Sequence record: PQ657772.1
DNA: 64,000 nucleotides
Strand: one strand, 5' to 3'
Each line of letters begins with the position of its first letter. Within the stretch, counting starts at the first letter, position 1. A program made the position numbers and the translations under genes. This document shows positions 1 to 11,572 of the stretch, one piece after another. Below the pieces are notes generated by a model, which was not told the DNA's origin, did no database searches, and worked only from the letters and a program-made list of their open reading frames with translations.

Positions 1-28
1 CCGAATTTATAAAGTATATGTTAAACGT

Positions 29-3000
29 ATGCAAGATGGAACACGTGTGTATGGTCTAGCATTAGATCCAGACGAAGAATCTGAAAGCCGTCCGAGTGGT
101 GAACCACAAGATGGTGACGTAGTTCTTATTATCAAAGGTAATGAATTTGGTAACAGTTCCATGTATTGGGACGGTTCTCATTGGATTCAAGCACAGTCTA
201 AAACTTCTGTGAACGTATTTCCACAATTCCAATTGTATGACCGTAATGGTGTTAAACTAAACAACACTACTACCTATCCATCAAGTACTTTTACTGGTTC
301 TTCACTATTTGGTTTTAAAATTAACTATAATTATGCAACTGATAGCGTTTATGGTTATAACATTGAACTAGGTGATTACAATTATTACACATATGAGAAT
401 TTCCTACAATCAACTCGTTATACTTACGAGCATTTGGGTGTGGAAGTTGAAATTGATGGACTATATTACTATAACGTAATTGGTGAAGGTAATACAATGA
501 ACCTAGAAACTGATTGGGTTCGTAGTACTGAATACTCCAAACAATATGTTAAACAAACTCCACAGGTTGAACGTACAGTAATGTTCCGCGTGTTCAGTAC
601 TGTTTATGACATGGAAAGTTTCAAAGATCCAGTTGAAGGAATGTATGCTTATGTAATTGAAGTTGATAGAACATATCAATATTACAAAGCAGAACGTGAA
701 ACATATCTTGATTGGCATGTTATCGTTGGTGATGGGGTACAAAGCGTTAAGTACAATCATACATTTGAATTGGCACAAAAAGTACTAGATAATTCTGAGG
801 ATATTATCGAACTAGTTGTTGATGGTGTGGAAATAAAAGAATACACCAAAACTGTAGTTAATAATCAAGTACAAAGTATTACAATTGATAGCTCTGTTGA
901 TTTGGATGAAGATTCTGTTGTACAAATCAGAACTTATAGTAGCACTATCACTCCTAATAAAGAGTTGGGTGCATATGAAGTTCCAATTAACCTACAAAAT
1001 AACCCATATAATTCAAACATTGAATACATCAACCAAGGTGATTACACCCTGCACTTCCAAGATATTATTCAAAAGAATATTACATCTGGTTCTGCTGATG
1101 ACTTTAACAATTACGAAGAACGTTTGGCTGCTGGTTTGGTTAATAATGGTGTAGGTACTAAAATTATTCAAAACGAAGCGTCTATGCTACCACTAATGGC
1201 ACATACCGCTAATGAAGATATTGATTTGTTTGAATCAATCATGTTTATGCAAGCAGAATACTTCCGCTTCATCAACAAGTTCAACACTCAAATGCTTCGT
1301 TTGTATGAAGAAGATCCAAGTGCATTTCTTGGTAATAGTGCATCAAACATCGTAGATGCGATTCTAACAGCTATTAATATGGGACGTGATAGTACATTCC
1401 CATTCTACTATGACAACGTTGCAAGCACTGCTGGGTTTATTCGTGCATTTGTCCCACCAACTCCACAGTTTTTGGGTATTTTGCAAGCTTATACACCACA
1501 AAAAGCAACATTCTTAACTGCTGGTAGTAAATCTAGCTGGTATAATATCAGTCATACTGGTATTATTTCAAAAGCATACCGTGTTATCAATGGTGTTGAT
1601 AAAATGGATGACGTTGTTTTCGAATTGGAGAATCGTATCTTTAATAGTATTGACCTTACTTTCAAGGATATTGATTATAAACCAGTACTAAACAGTGAAG
1701 ACCTATTCCCAACTCCATATTTCACTGGTACTGATTATAGTGCAGAAGAAAAGAAAACTCTATTGCTACGTGGTTACATTAACTTCACAGCAACCAATGG
1801 TATTAGTAACAGTACTCATGATTATGATGCAAATAACTGGAGAACTTGGAACTATACTGGTAGTTATTATGTTGTTGATGGTCAACGTACTGAAATTCCT
1901 GCTCGTGGTTCATGGCGTGCAATCTATACTGACCAATACGGCACATATCGTCCAGCAACCCATCCGTGGGAAATGATGGGCTTCTCTCAACGTCCTACTT
2001 GGTGGAACCAAGAATACGAACCAACCGCAGTTCAAGTTGGTGAACGTGAAGGTGATGTTGTTTATGTGTATGAAGCACTAGTAATGAATGAAAGTGGTGA
2101 TTTGGTCCCAAGTGGTTTGTGGGATATTGATGGTACTATCGGTGACAGCAGCACTGGTACTATTTTGTCAGGTGAACGCCGTGGTCAATATGACAAATAC
2201 AAGCGTTTCGGTGTACAGCCATTTAAAATCACTAAGACTGGCGAGAAAACCAGTACTGGTATTGATATTTGTGAAGTGGAGTATATTGCACCTGAAGTTT
2301 TAGGTCTTGTTAGTGGTAATTTAGATCATCGTGCAGAACCGTGGTCTTATGGTGACATGGGTGACATGGAATTCACTTACATGAACACTGCGATGTTTGC
2401 TTATGACCAAATGCTTCTTCTATACAAAGCAAAACCAGCACAGTTTGTAAACTATTACTGGGATACCCGTAATGATAACCTCAAACCAGTTTATACTGAT
2501 GGTTCACAGTTCCTTTATGGTGAAACTCGTAAGCGTCTAAACTTTGACAGTACTACATTAGTACATGGTGAGAAAAATACCCGTACTATCGGTTATCAAA
2601 TGTTTGTTAGTGACTATTTGATGTATCAGAACAAGAACATTACCACCAAATACGGTGACGTTGTTCGTTCTTCTTATGTTAATGTTGCTCACAAAATTGG
2701 TGGCTTTACTAAAGCAGACCAATTGACATTCACTGCTAAATCTTTCGGTTTGATTTCACAAGAAAACCAAACTATCGGTCTAGTTCGTTCCAATAACATT
2801 CGCGATGAGCAAATGAGTGCAGTAAAAATTACTTGGAATGGTAGTGCATATCAAATTGATGGTTATGATTTAGTTGGTGCTAAATTTAAGTATAAAATTC
2901 CAGTTAAAAATGGAAGAAAAGTAACTCTTAAATTGGAAGACAGAACTGTTGTTCATTACAATGAATGGAAATCTGAAGGTACATTAGAATATGGTAAAAT

Positions 3001-6000
3001 ATTCAATACATACCAAGAAGTTTATACTTTCATTTGTGGATATGGTGAATATCTAAAAGAACATGGCTGGATTTTTGAAGATGTAAATGATAGTGGTGCT
3101 CAACAAGACTGGACAACTATTGCTAAAGACTTTGTTATTTGGAGTCAGAATAATTTAAGTACTGGTGAGTTCATCTCCTGTACTCCAAGTGCAGCTAATG
3201 CTAAATTTGGTGCAGATTTTGGTTCAGTTCAATCTGTTACACAGAACAGTGGTGGTGTTTGGTCACTACTCGATGATGAAAACCAAGGTATCCGTCAATA
3301 TGAAATCGAAACTTCGCGTATCGGTAACGTATTCACAGTGAGAACTACATCTGAATCACAAAAACGTATGGCGTTGATTCGTTTGAGCCTAAGTTCATAT
3401 GAACACGCAGTTGTTTTTGATGATAAAACTATCTTTGGTGATTACATTTACCAACCAACTTATGGTGCTATTCAAGAATTGATTAAAATGTATGGTTACA
3501 TTACTGGGTCATGGACTGGTCGCCTACAAGCACCTGGTTTCATTATCCTAGAAGCAGGAACTTTACCATCATTTGAAAAATTAGTAACTGATTTTGAATT
3601 ATATTATAATAGTGAAACTCCTGTGAGTGATGTTCAGCTTCAAGAGTTATCAAATCACTTGATTGGCTATCAAACTCGTGATTATCTACAACGTATGATT
3701 AGTAGTGATGTTAGTCGTGTTGATTTCTATAAAGGATTCATTCATGACAAAGGTACTAACCAAGTAATGGAAAAAGTACTACGCGTTTCTAAATCTTACG
3801 ACACTGATGAATATAAAGCACTTCAGGAATGGGCATTTAAGATTGGCACTTATGGTAATATCAATGGTAAGAAAAATCTACAATTTAAACTGATCAATGA
3901 CCAATTTAAACAACAACCACAGATGGTTTCGTTTGATGTTAATGCTACATCAAATGGTACTGGTAATGGTATTGTTTATTACGGTGAACAAGGGGTTGAC
4001 TCACGCTGGATTACTCGTCCAAATGGTAAGTTTTCATTCCCAATGCGTAGTGGAAGAAGTGAGAACATCCAACTTCCAGACATTGGTCCTGTAACACTAG
4101 ATGAAATTTCATACGTTACTAAAGATTTCAGTACTGCATATAATGATCGTATCAATTATATGAATAACAGTGGTGAAATACCAGATTCTGTATGGATGTT
4201 TAAAGATGGTAATGATTTGTGGAATATTTTCGAACTAGTAGACACTGAAGTTGAGATGCTCTCTATCGTTCCAATTGAAAATACCGATGTATATGCAGAA
4301 CAATTCTGTAAAGTAACTCTAAGTGATGATATCCCACTAAATGATGGTGATTATTATTACTTTGTTGATGAAACTAACTTTATGCCAGATACATTGACTA
4401 TAGAAAGTCAATATTATACTGCGGGTAATGACCCTAGAGTTATGGTAGTTCCGTTTGACACTTCAATAACTATTGACTTCACTGATCCTGATACTCGCCC
4501 ACGCTTGTATCGTTATGTTTCACGATTCAGTACTGAAGAGATGCGTCAGGAATACATTGACAGAAAATATAGTTTTAAAGCTCCACAAAGTACTTTGTTT
4601 GACCGCCCAACCACATATGATGAGCGTACTAACATTACTGCGTTGTACCTAAACGTGTTTGACCCAATCAACGGTGTTATTCCTGGTGCAGCGATGCAGA
4701 ACGTTACCTACACATCTCCAGTTGACCCAGCACAATACAACAGCAATGGTGAATTGATTCAAGCATGGGGTGCTGATAAAGTTGGTCAGGTTTGGTGGAA
4801 CACCAGCACTGCTTTCTACTTAGATTACACTCGTGCAATCTATGATGCTGATGGTAATGTGGATGTTGATGCAACAAATGAATATAAACGTTATAACTGG
4901 GGCAGATTGCTACCGCACAGTACTGTTGATGTTCTTGAATGGGTATGTTCGCCAGTTGAACCATATAACTGGGACAAATACTGCAAAGACGTTGCTAACA
5001 AAAATAAAAACAACACTATGTACCTACCAAGCGGAACCGCATTGGAAGATAATTATAGTACGTTCTTAGAATATGATAGCACAACTGATACTTATGTTAC
5101 AAAATACTATTTCTGGGTTCGTGATACAATCTATGTACCACCATTGCATTCCAGAACTAAATCTTGTACTGATATTGCTCGTATTATTAAAGAACCAGCA
5201 CAGCTTAACATTCCTTGGTTTGCACCAATCAATGAAAGCTCGTTCATTCTAAGTAATATGCAATTTGAAGTCAACGATGACACAAGTATTTTAACTGTTT
5301 CTTATTACATGGATAATACTGAAGTTATTAAACATGACCAGTATCAATTATGTAAAGAAGGTGATAGCTATAACTTCAATCCATCAATCTGGACTTCTAT
5401 GTGGAATTCTATGATTGGTCAAGAAACTACTGAATCAGGAACTGTTATTGATTTACTATATCCTTTAGTACCAAACGGTTTAGGTTCTAATAAGACTTGG
5501 TTCCAAGATGTAATTGAAGCTCGTAGAAACTTTGTAGAAAGTGCAAATAACTATTATCGCTCACAGAATATAACAACTAACACTGTTCTAATGGACGAAG
5601 TGTTTAATGTTAAAACTACTGAAGTTAACCCGAATGAAGTATCATATCGTGTACTAACTTACAATAGTGAATTAGTCATTGCACCTGAAAGTGACAAGTT
5701 CAAAGAAAACGACGCAGTACTAGTAAGTACTAGTGGTGTATTACCTAACCCACTATCAACTAGCTCTGTATATTTTGTGCATATTGATGCTAATGGTTAT
5801 ATTCATCTAATGAATAGTCCATCAAGTGCTGGTAGTGTGGTTACCATTACATTGGAAAACCGTGGTGAAGGTCAACAGAAAATGATTAAACAATCAGACT
5901 ATGTTGAAGCACTAGGAACTTCATTGGACATGACCCAGTACTGGTCACTAGCAGATTGGTATGATATTGGCTACGATAAAAATACTGCATATACACAAGA

Positions 6001-9000
6001 ATCCAGCCTAGAAGATGCAAACACTAAGAACTATCAAGTTGGTGACATTATCAGAATTACAGATGTTGATGGCATCTGGACATTGTACATTAAAGCACAA
6101 TCACGTGATTCAGTTTACTGGAAAGCAATTGGTCGTGAAAATAGTACAGTTGAATTGAATGATATGTTATACGCTGACTATACAGTTCGTGATGCTAATG
6201 GTTCGTTGAGTAATCGTGAGATTAACGTTCGTAAAGCACTAGCTTTATTGAAGAACTCATTCGACTTACATCAGAGTGAAATTGTGTTTGATATGGTTAA
6301 GTATGTTCACGTAGAACAAAGCGTTGTTGATTGGGTATTCAAAACATCTTACATTTATATTGTAGGTTTAGAACAATCATTAGTACAGAACTATTCCAAC
6401 GACAACTTGATTAATCAAATCGTTGAGTACTTTGAAGAAGTTAAACCATATAGAACTAAGATTCGTTCCCAGATTGAACAGAAAACTTCAGATGATGATT
6501 TAATTAAAGGTTTGTGTAATGATTTAGATCCTAATGGCTATATATTTGCAGATGGGACTTGGGTTAAAACGGAAAAAGACATTTGGGATTATGAATATGC
6601 TCAATTCAATGAGGTAACTCAACGTTGGGAGCAAGTTGGTGAATTGCCAAGTGATTTCGTAACACCTAATCGCCGTTTCCAAGAAATTGATGTTATCATG
6701 CACTACGACAACACTCAATGTAAACCAAATGATAATTTGGCAAGTGTTGATGTATTGGAAGAAGTGAATAAGAAATATCAATCTAATGCACAAGATGTTG
6801 TTAGTAATTTTGAATTACAACGTTACAAATATACATTCCCAGAATACAGTGATGAAGATTTCGACCTATTGGTTGCTTATCAGATGCAATTGTATTACCC
6901 AGAATTGAACGTAACTCTAGGGATTGCTTACGGTGTTAACCAATGGTATGCAGACCATGCAGATGATTTGGTAGCAACCGCAGAATTCACAGAAACGTTG
7001 AATCGTGTATATAAAGAATCAACACAAAATGAAATGTTTAATGACGTAAATCATTATGTTCAGTATAACACACTCTCTAACCGTTTGAAATTGTACACAG
7101 GTGCAGATGATGAAGTAATTCATGATGAAGTTGGATGTGGATTTAGTGGGTTAACCTATGATGATAATCCAAGTACCAGACTACCGTTTGGTTATGCATC
7201 CAGTACTGATTATAACTTTGGTTACTTTGAAGTTAGTAGTGAGTTGTATAAAAAGTATGTTTCTTTAATTAAAGAAAACAATACTACTGCAACTGATGAT
7301 GAAGTTAGAATTATACTTGAAGTTGAATATGGTGTTTATTCATATCGCCATGTAGATGAAGATGGAAATCAACGATTCTACAATGACGCAATTCATGTAT
7401 TGTCTGGTATGCGTGGTTTGTATGACAAAGATGCTACCGACCATTATGAAAAGGCTGAAGAAATACTAAGTAGAATGCCTATTGATATTCATGCATTTAC
7501 TATGATGCCACGAAAATATGTTTATGTTAATGTTAATGGTGTATACGAGAGTATCCCAGATGACCAAAGCATTGATGATTTCATGGAAGACAAATTCATA
7601 ACTGACGGTCAACTAGTTCAATTGGCAGAAATAAATCTTGATGACTTACCTCTTGATAGAAATAACCCAATGTACAGTGATTATCAGCACATCCTAGATA
7701 GCATCACCGATGCTAAGTACTACGATGATATGAATGCATTTGATAACCTAGCACTTGAATCACAAACTTCCGAGTTAAAATGGGAAGTTGAAGGTGACGA
7801 AGTAGATCCGTACATAATCGACATTTCTGATATTAACCCATCAGGAAGAAAGATTGGTCAGATTCGCTTCACAGTTGATGGTTATGGATTCAATAGTGTT
7901 TCACTAGTTCAATTGAGAGACAATAGTAGATATAAAACTGAAGGTATGGTTATTATCAACCCTTATAAAACAACAGAAGCAATTGTTAGTATTCCTTCTT
8001 ACGCTAAGATTGAAAATGATATTAGTAAATCATACAGTAAGTATGATGAAAAATACTTCTATAAAATTAAATCAATTGTTAGTGATACAGAAGCTGAAGT
8101 AATTGACAATACCCTATCTGATGGTGATAAGGTTATGATATTCACAACTGATGGTGAAGATTATGTGAGATACCAAAACAATGCATGGGAAACCATCTTG
8201 AGTGTATCAAAAATCAAAACTGACACCACACCAACCTTGTACACAGTAAGAAACACTGCGAACGGAACTGTAGAACTACTAGATAGTACTGGAGTTGTAC
8301 TTCGTTATGATAACATCACTAAACAACAACAGAATGAACCAGCAATACCTCTAGCATTGAACATCGTTCGTATTAGAACCTTTGCTGATCCAGAATTCTT
8401 GGTTGATGGTGTTAAGTTGTATGAAACAAATAGAAACTATGCTATCGACGCAATGAACTATGAAGTATTCTACGACACAACACTATACGGTGGTTCTTAT
8501 AATGATGGAATTACACCAGATGACGTTGATGTTTGGGTAGTGTCTAACGAGATATTTGAAGTTGATGGTGTTACTATTGATAACGGATATAACTTACCAA
8601 TTACTGGTGCAGGTGTTCTTAGTGAGTTAGTGAGAACCAAAATGACTGATAGTGTGGAAATTAACGTGTTCGAGTATGATGTTGGTATTATTCAACCAGT
8701 ACTGAATACTGAAGGGGTATGGGAATATGCATATCCACTAGTTAGTGATACATATATTGGTGTAATTGGTGGAACAGTAACTAACATTACTGCTATCAGT
8801 GAAGAAAATGCTACTTATGTTTCACAACCAGATTCAGTTAGTCCATATAGTGTTACTAATAATGTTCTATCTGGTGCTGGTGCAAGTATGAATGATATTA
8901 TTTCTCTTGGTTTTGAAAAAGTTGAAGTACGATTTGCAAATAACTTACTCCGTGGGGTAATGTATAGTGCAGAACACGACTTTAAAGAGAATGTGACATA

Positions 9001-9142
9001 TTCATTTAATGGCTTGAACTTAGGTAAAGTTAATTTACTAAAACGTTATAGTGTTAACAGTTATCCAATCGAACTATCTGTTTACTCCGATAGTTTGCAA
9101 ATAAGTGGTAATGACATTAAAAATCTATTAGAAGTTAAATAA
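29..9142 (+). CDS. Very large virion structural protein, probably baseplate wedge/hub (5'-truncated by the window edge)
   Basis: 3037-aa ORF; the frame is open back to base 2 (CGA ATT TAT AAA GTA TAT GTT AAA CGT ATG), so the true start is likely upstream of the window. Y/D/N/T-rich, followed by a terminator, in a structural module. Product inferred from size and context. Confidence 0.6.
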   Translation: MQDGTRVYGLALDPDEESESRPSGEPQDGDVVLIIKGNEFGNSSMYWDGSHWIQAQSKTSVNVFPQFQLYDRNGVKLNNTTTYPSSTFTGSSLFGFKINYNYATDSVYGYNIELGDYNYYTYENFLQSTRYTYEHLGVEVEIDGLYYYNVIGEGNTMNLETDWVRSTEYSKQYVKQTPQVERTVMFRVFSTVYDMESFKDPVEGMYAYVIEVDRTYQYYKAERETYLDWHVIVGDGVQSVKYNHTFELAQKVLDNSEDIIELVVDGVEIKEYTKTVVNNQVQSITIDSSVDLDEDSVVQIRTYSSTITPNKELGAYEVPINLQNNPYNSNIEYINQGDYTLHFQDIIQKNITSGSADDFNNYEERLAAGLVNNGVGTKIIQNEASMLPLMAHTANEDIDLFESIMFMQAEYFRFINKFNTQMLRLYEEDPSAFLGNSASNIVDAILTAINMGRDSTFPFYYDNVASTAGFIRAFVPPTPQFLGILQAYTPQKATFLTAGSKSSWYNISHTGIISKAYRVINGVDKMDDVVFELENRIFNSIDLTFKDIDYKPVLNSEDLFPTPYFTGTDYSAEEKKTLLLRGYINFTATNGISNSTHDYDANNWRTWNYTGSYYVVDGQRTEIPARGSWRAIYTDQYGTYRPATHPWEMMGFSQRPTWWNQEYEPTAVQVGEREGDVVYVYEALVMNESGDLVPSGLWDIDGTIGDSSTGTILSGERRGQYDKYKRFGVQPFKITKTGEKTSTGIDICEVEYIAPEVLGLVSGNLDHRAEPWSYGDMGDMEFTYMNTAMFAYDQMLLLYKAKPAQFVNYYWDTRNDNLKPVYTDGSQFLYGETRKRLNFDSTTLVHGEKNTRTIGYQMFVSDYLMYQNKNITTKYGDVVRSSYVNVAHKIGGFTKADQLTFTAKSFGLISQENQTIGLVRSNNIRDEQMSAVKITWNGSAYQIDGYDLVGAKFKYKIPVKNGRKVTLKLEDRTVVHYNEWKSEGTLEYGKIFNTYQEVYTFICGYGEYLKEHGWIFEDVNDSGAQQDWTTIAKDFVIWSQNNLSTGEFISCTPSAANAKFGADFGSVQSVTQNSGGVWSLLDDENQGIRQYEIETSRIGNVFTVRTTSESQKRMALIRLSLSSYEHAVVFDDKTIFGDYIYQPTYGAIQELIKMYGYITGSWTGRLQAPGFIILEAGTLPSFEKLVTDFELYYNSETPVSDVQLQELSNHLIGYQTRDYLQRMISSDVSRVDFYKGFIHDKGTNQVMEKVLRVSKSYDTDEYKALQEWAFKIGTYGNINGKKNLQFKLINDQFKQQPQMVSFDVNATSNGTGNGIVYYGEQGVDSRWITRPNGKFSFPMRSGRSENIQLPDIGPVTLDEISYVTKDFSTAYNDRINYMNNSGEIPDSVWMFKDGNDLWNIFELVDTEVEMLSIVPIENTDVYAEQFCKVTLSDDIPLNDGDYYYFVDETNFMPDTLTIESQYYTAGNDPRVMVVPFDTSITIDFTDPDTRPRLYRYVSRFSTEEMRQEYIDRKYSFKAPQSTLFDRPTTYDERTNITALYLNVFDPINGVIPGAAMQNVTYTSPVDPAQYNSNGELIQAWGADKVGQVWWNTSTAFYLDYTRAIYDADGNVDVDATNEYKRYNWGRLLPHSTVDVLEWVCSPVEPYNWDKYCKDVANKNKNNTMYLPSGTALEDNYSTFLEYDSTTDTYVTKYYFWVRDTIYVPPLHSRTKSCTDIARIIKEPAQLNIPWFAPINESSFILSNMQFEVNDDTSILTVSYYMDNTEVIKHDQYQLCKEGDSYNFNPSIWTSMWNSMIGQETTESGTVIDLLYPLVPNGLGSNKTWFQDVIEARRNFVESANNYYRSQNITTNTVLMDEVFNVKTTEVNPNEVSYRVLTYNSELVIAPESDKFKENDAVLVSTSGVLPNPLSTSSVYFVHIDANGYIHLMNSPSSAGSVVTITLENRGEGQQKMIKQSDYVEALGTSLDMTQYWSLADWYDIGYDKNTAYTQESSLEDANTKNYQVGDIIRITDVDGIWTLYIKAQSRDSVYWKAIGRENSTVELNDMLYADYTVRDANGSLSNREINVRKALALLKNSFDLHQSEIVFDMVKYVHVEQSVVDWVFKTSYIYIVGLEQSLVQNYSNDNLINQIVEYFEEVKPYRTKIRSQIEQKTSDDDLIKGLCNDLDPNGYIFADGTWVKTEKDIWDYEYAQFNEVTQRWEQVGELPSDFVTPNRRFQEIDVIMHYDNTQCKPNDNLASVDVLEEVNKKYQSNAQDVVSNFELQRYKYTFPEYSDEDFDLLVAYQMQLYYPELNVTLGIAYGVNQWYADHADDLVATAEFTETLNRVYKESTQNEMFNDVNHYVQYNTLSNRLKLYTGADDEVIHDEVGCGFSGLTYDDNPSTRLPFGYASSTDYNFGYFEVSSELYKKYVSLIKENNTTATDDEVRIILEVEYGVYSYRHVDEDGNQRFYNDAIHVLSGMRGLYDKDATDHYEKAEEILSRMPIDIHAFTMMPRKYVYVNVNGVYESIPDDQSIDDFMEDKFITDGQLVQLAEINLDDLPLDRNNPMYSDYQHILDSITDAKYYDDMNAFDNLALESQTSELKWEVEGDEVDPYIIDISDINPSGRKIGQIRFTVDGYGFNSVSLVQLRDNSRYKTEGMVIINPYKTTEAIVSIPSYAKIENDISKSYSKYDEKYFYKIKSIVSDTEAEVIDNTLSDGDKVMIFTTDGEDYVRYQNNAWETILSVSKIKTDTTPTLYTVRNTANGTVELLDSTGVVLRYDNITKQQQNEPAIPLALNIVRIRTFADPEFLVDGVKLYETNRNYAIDAMNYEVFYDTTLYGGSYNDGITPDDVDVWVVSNEIFEVDGVTIDNGYNLPITGAGVLSELVRTKMTDSVEINVFEYDVGIIQPVLNTEGVWEYAYPLVSDTYIGVIGGTVTNITAISEENATYVSQPDSVSPYSVTNNVLSGAGASMNDIISLGFEKVEVRFANNLLRGVMYSAEHDFKENVTYSFNGLNLGKVNLLKRYSVNSYPIELSVYSDSLQISGNDIKNLLEVK

Positions 9143-9143
9143 C

Positions 9144-9175
9144 AAAAAGGAGAGCATTTGCTCTCCTTTTCTTTT
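9144..9175. terminator. Bidirectional rho-independent terminator
   Basis: aaaaGGAGAGC-attt-GCTCTCCtttt between convergent genes. Confidence 0.85.
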
Positions 9176-11464
9176 TTACGCAATAACTTTTTCTACTGCT
9201 TTAGTTCGTTTAGGTTTGATAGCCAATTTACCATCAATCACATCAAACGTTACGTTACCACCATTAACCAGAGAACCACACAACATCTCTTTAGCTAGTG
9301 GGACACGGATGTTTTGCTCAATAGTGCGTTTCATTGGACGTGCACCCATCCCAACTTTAACACCATTTGTTGCCAACCACTCACGTGCCGCTTTGGTTAG
9401 TGAAACTTTAACTTTGCGGTCTTTGATTTGTTCATTCAAACTTCCCATGAACTTATCAATGATGCTGTCAATCGCTTCGCTGCTTAGGTCTTTGAATGTC
9501 ACAATACTATCGATACGGTTGATGAATTCAGGTGGCAAGAATGCTTTAATCGCTTTATCTTGTGCTGTATCACTACCGCTCATCCCAATACTACGCTTGG
9601 TTGAATCTGCTGCACCAAGGTTAGTTGTCATAATAACAGTTACGTTATTGAAGTAAACAGTTTTACCTTGTGAACCAGTCAAACGTCCTTCGTCCAGAAC
9701 CTGTAGGAAGGTTAGTAGTACTTTACGATCAGCTTTTTCGATTTCATCAAGCAACAGTACTGCATTCGGGAACTGCTCAATCTTGTCGAGTAGCAGACCG
9801 TTACCGGAATCGTGACCAACATAGCCTGGAGGTGAACCAATCAGTTTAGCAACAGTATGTTCCTGTGAAAACTCGGACATATCGAAACGAATCAGTTCAG
9901 AGCCAGTTGCATCAGCCAGTGCTTTGGTAATTTCAGTTTTACCAGTACCAGATGGCCCAACAAACATGAATGCACCTTGAACACTTGATTTATCACGCAG
10001 ACCAGCACGAGCTACCATCACGTTATCAACCAGTTTCTGTACTGCTTCTTCTTGACCGTATACACGAGAACGTAGTGCATCTGGTAGATTACGCATACGT
10101 TCACTTTCAGTGCAAGCAACCACGTTAATATCTAGGTTTGCGATACCTGCAACAACTTCTTGAATCAGTGCAACAGTGATGATGTTATCATCAGTTTCAC
10201 GAGAACGTACTTTCGCTGCCGCCGCATCCATTAGGTCGATTGCTTTGTCGGGGAAGTGTTTGTTCTTCAGGAACTTATCACTTAGTGTAATAACTGCATC
10301 CATTGCTTCAGTACTGAACTCTACGTTATGGAAAGTTTCATAAGTAGATTTCAAACCATTCACAATCGCACGGGTTTCATCAATTGTTGGCTCAACTACA
10401 TCAATTTTCATGAAACGGCGAGTTAGTGCACTATCTTTTTCGATGTTTTTACGATATTCATCGTAAGTTGTTGCACCGATTACACGAATCTCACCACGAG
10501 ATAGTGCAGGTTTGAGCATGTTGCTCATATCCATAGAACCGTTGCTTGCTGACCCAGCACCAACCATAATATGGATTTCATCGATGAACACAATAGTGTT
10601 TTCACGTTTCTTCAGTTCTTTTAGTAGGTTATCGATACGTTCTTCGAACTCACCACGGTACTTAGTACCAGCAGTCAGTGCACCTACGTTCAGAGACAGA
10701 ATTTCAACATCTTTAAGATGCTCTGGTACTTCACCATCAGCGATTGCCTGTGCTAGACCATCAATGATTTGAGTTTTACCAACACCAGCTTCACCAGTCA
10801 GGATGGCATTCTTCTTAGTCTTACGGGCCAGAGTTTCAATCAGTGCAGAAAGCTCTTTCTGGCGACCAATCATTGGGTCAAGTTTACCTTCTTTTGCAAG
10901 TGCGGTTAGGTTAGTGGTGTAATCTTCTAAACCTTTTTGTTTGGACGATGGTTGCTGTTGTGCCACTTTTTTCTCCCCAGTTGGCTCATCACTAATGCTT
11001 TGAAGGTTGATTCCGTTGTCGATTGCTTCTACGTGCTTCTGTAGAGTTCGTGCTGCTTCAGTACAAGTGATACCCTCTTCACGCAATGCTGCTTCTAGTG
11101 CAGTATTTGGGAAGGACAAACACTCAAACAGTACAAAATAAGCATCAATTGAGAAATCATCACGTTTAAGTTGCTCAATTACTGATTTCTTAGAAAGTTC
11201 CTGAACTACACGGTTCACGAGAAGTGATGTGCGGTTCGCTTCATCACCATCAGCACTTTTAGGTGCATGTGGGAATGTTGTATTCTTCAGATATGCAATC
11301 AAACGACCGTGTAGGTTGTCTGCATCGATGTTCATATCTTCAAATACTGCTTTGATGCTATCGATTGTCAGTACTGTAGCACTTAGATGGTCAATAGTCA
11401 AGAATGTATGACCCAGAGAAGTTGCCAGTTCGTCGCTTTTTTTGAATAATTGGGTAAGATTCAT
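9176..11464 (-). CDS. clpA: ClpA-like Hsp100 AAA+ chaperone (Clp protease ATP-binding subunit)
   Basis: Clp N-domain (GHTFLTIDHL), Walker A GEAGVGKT and GPSGTGKT, Walker B IVFIDEIH and LLLDEIEK, FDMSEF, pore loop LIGSPPGYVG, no ClpB middle domain. Start moved to ATG 11464 after AGGAGA RBS. Confidence 0.93.
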   Translation of the reverse strand: MNLTQLFKKSDELATSLGHTFLTIDHLSATVLTIDSIKAVFEDMNIDADNLHGRLIAYLKNTTFPHAPKSADGDEANRTSLLVNRVVQELSKKSVIEQLKRDDFSIDAYFVLFECLSFPNTALEAALREEGITCTEAARTLQKHVEAIDNGINLQSISDEPTGEKKVAQQQPSSKQKGLEDYTTNLTALAKEGKLDPMIGRQKELSALIETLARKTKKNAILTGEAGVGKTQIIDGLAQAIADGEVPEHLKDVEILSLNVGALTAGTKYRGEFEERIDNLLKELKKRENTIVFIDEIHIMVGAGSASNGSMDMSNMLKPALSRGEIRVIGATTYDEYRKNIEKDSALTRRFMKIDVVEPTIDETRAIVNGLKSTYETFHNVEFSTEAMDAVITLSDKFLKNKHFPDKAIDLMDAAAAKVRSRETDDNIITVALIQEVVAGIANLDINVVACTESERMRNLPDALRSRVYGQEEAVQKLVDNVMVARAGLRDKSSVQGAFMFVGPSGTGKTEITKALADATGSELIRFDMSEFSQEHTVAKLIGSPPGYVGHDSGNGLLLDKIEQFPNAVLLLDEIEKADRKVLLTFLQVLDEGRLTGSQGKTVYFNNVTVIMTTNLGAADSTKRSIGMSGSDTAQDKAIKAFLPPEFINRIDSIVTFKDLSSEAIDSIIDKFMGSLNEQIKDRKVKVSLTKAAREWLATNGVKVGMGARPMKRTIEQNIRVPLAKEMLCGSLVNGGNVTFDVIDGKLAIKPKRTKAVEKVIA

Positions 11465-11502
11465 GTATTCTCCTAAATGAGTAGTCACTCTAATTAATAA
11501 AC

Positions 11503-11530
11503 ATTATATCACATTCTTTGCGTTTGTCAA
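11503..11530 (-). promoter_or_regulatory. Sigma70-type early promoter for clpA
   Basis: TTGACA-N16-TATAAT with extended -10 (ATGTGATATAAT). Confidence 0.75.
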
Positions 11531-11572
11531 CAAGGTAAATAAAGATATACCCGATTTATTTTGGAGACAAAC

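Noticed and set aside
9216-10772. Plus-strand ORFs within clpA (and similar short overlaps across the window)
   Set aside because: Antisense shadows of well-supported genes
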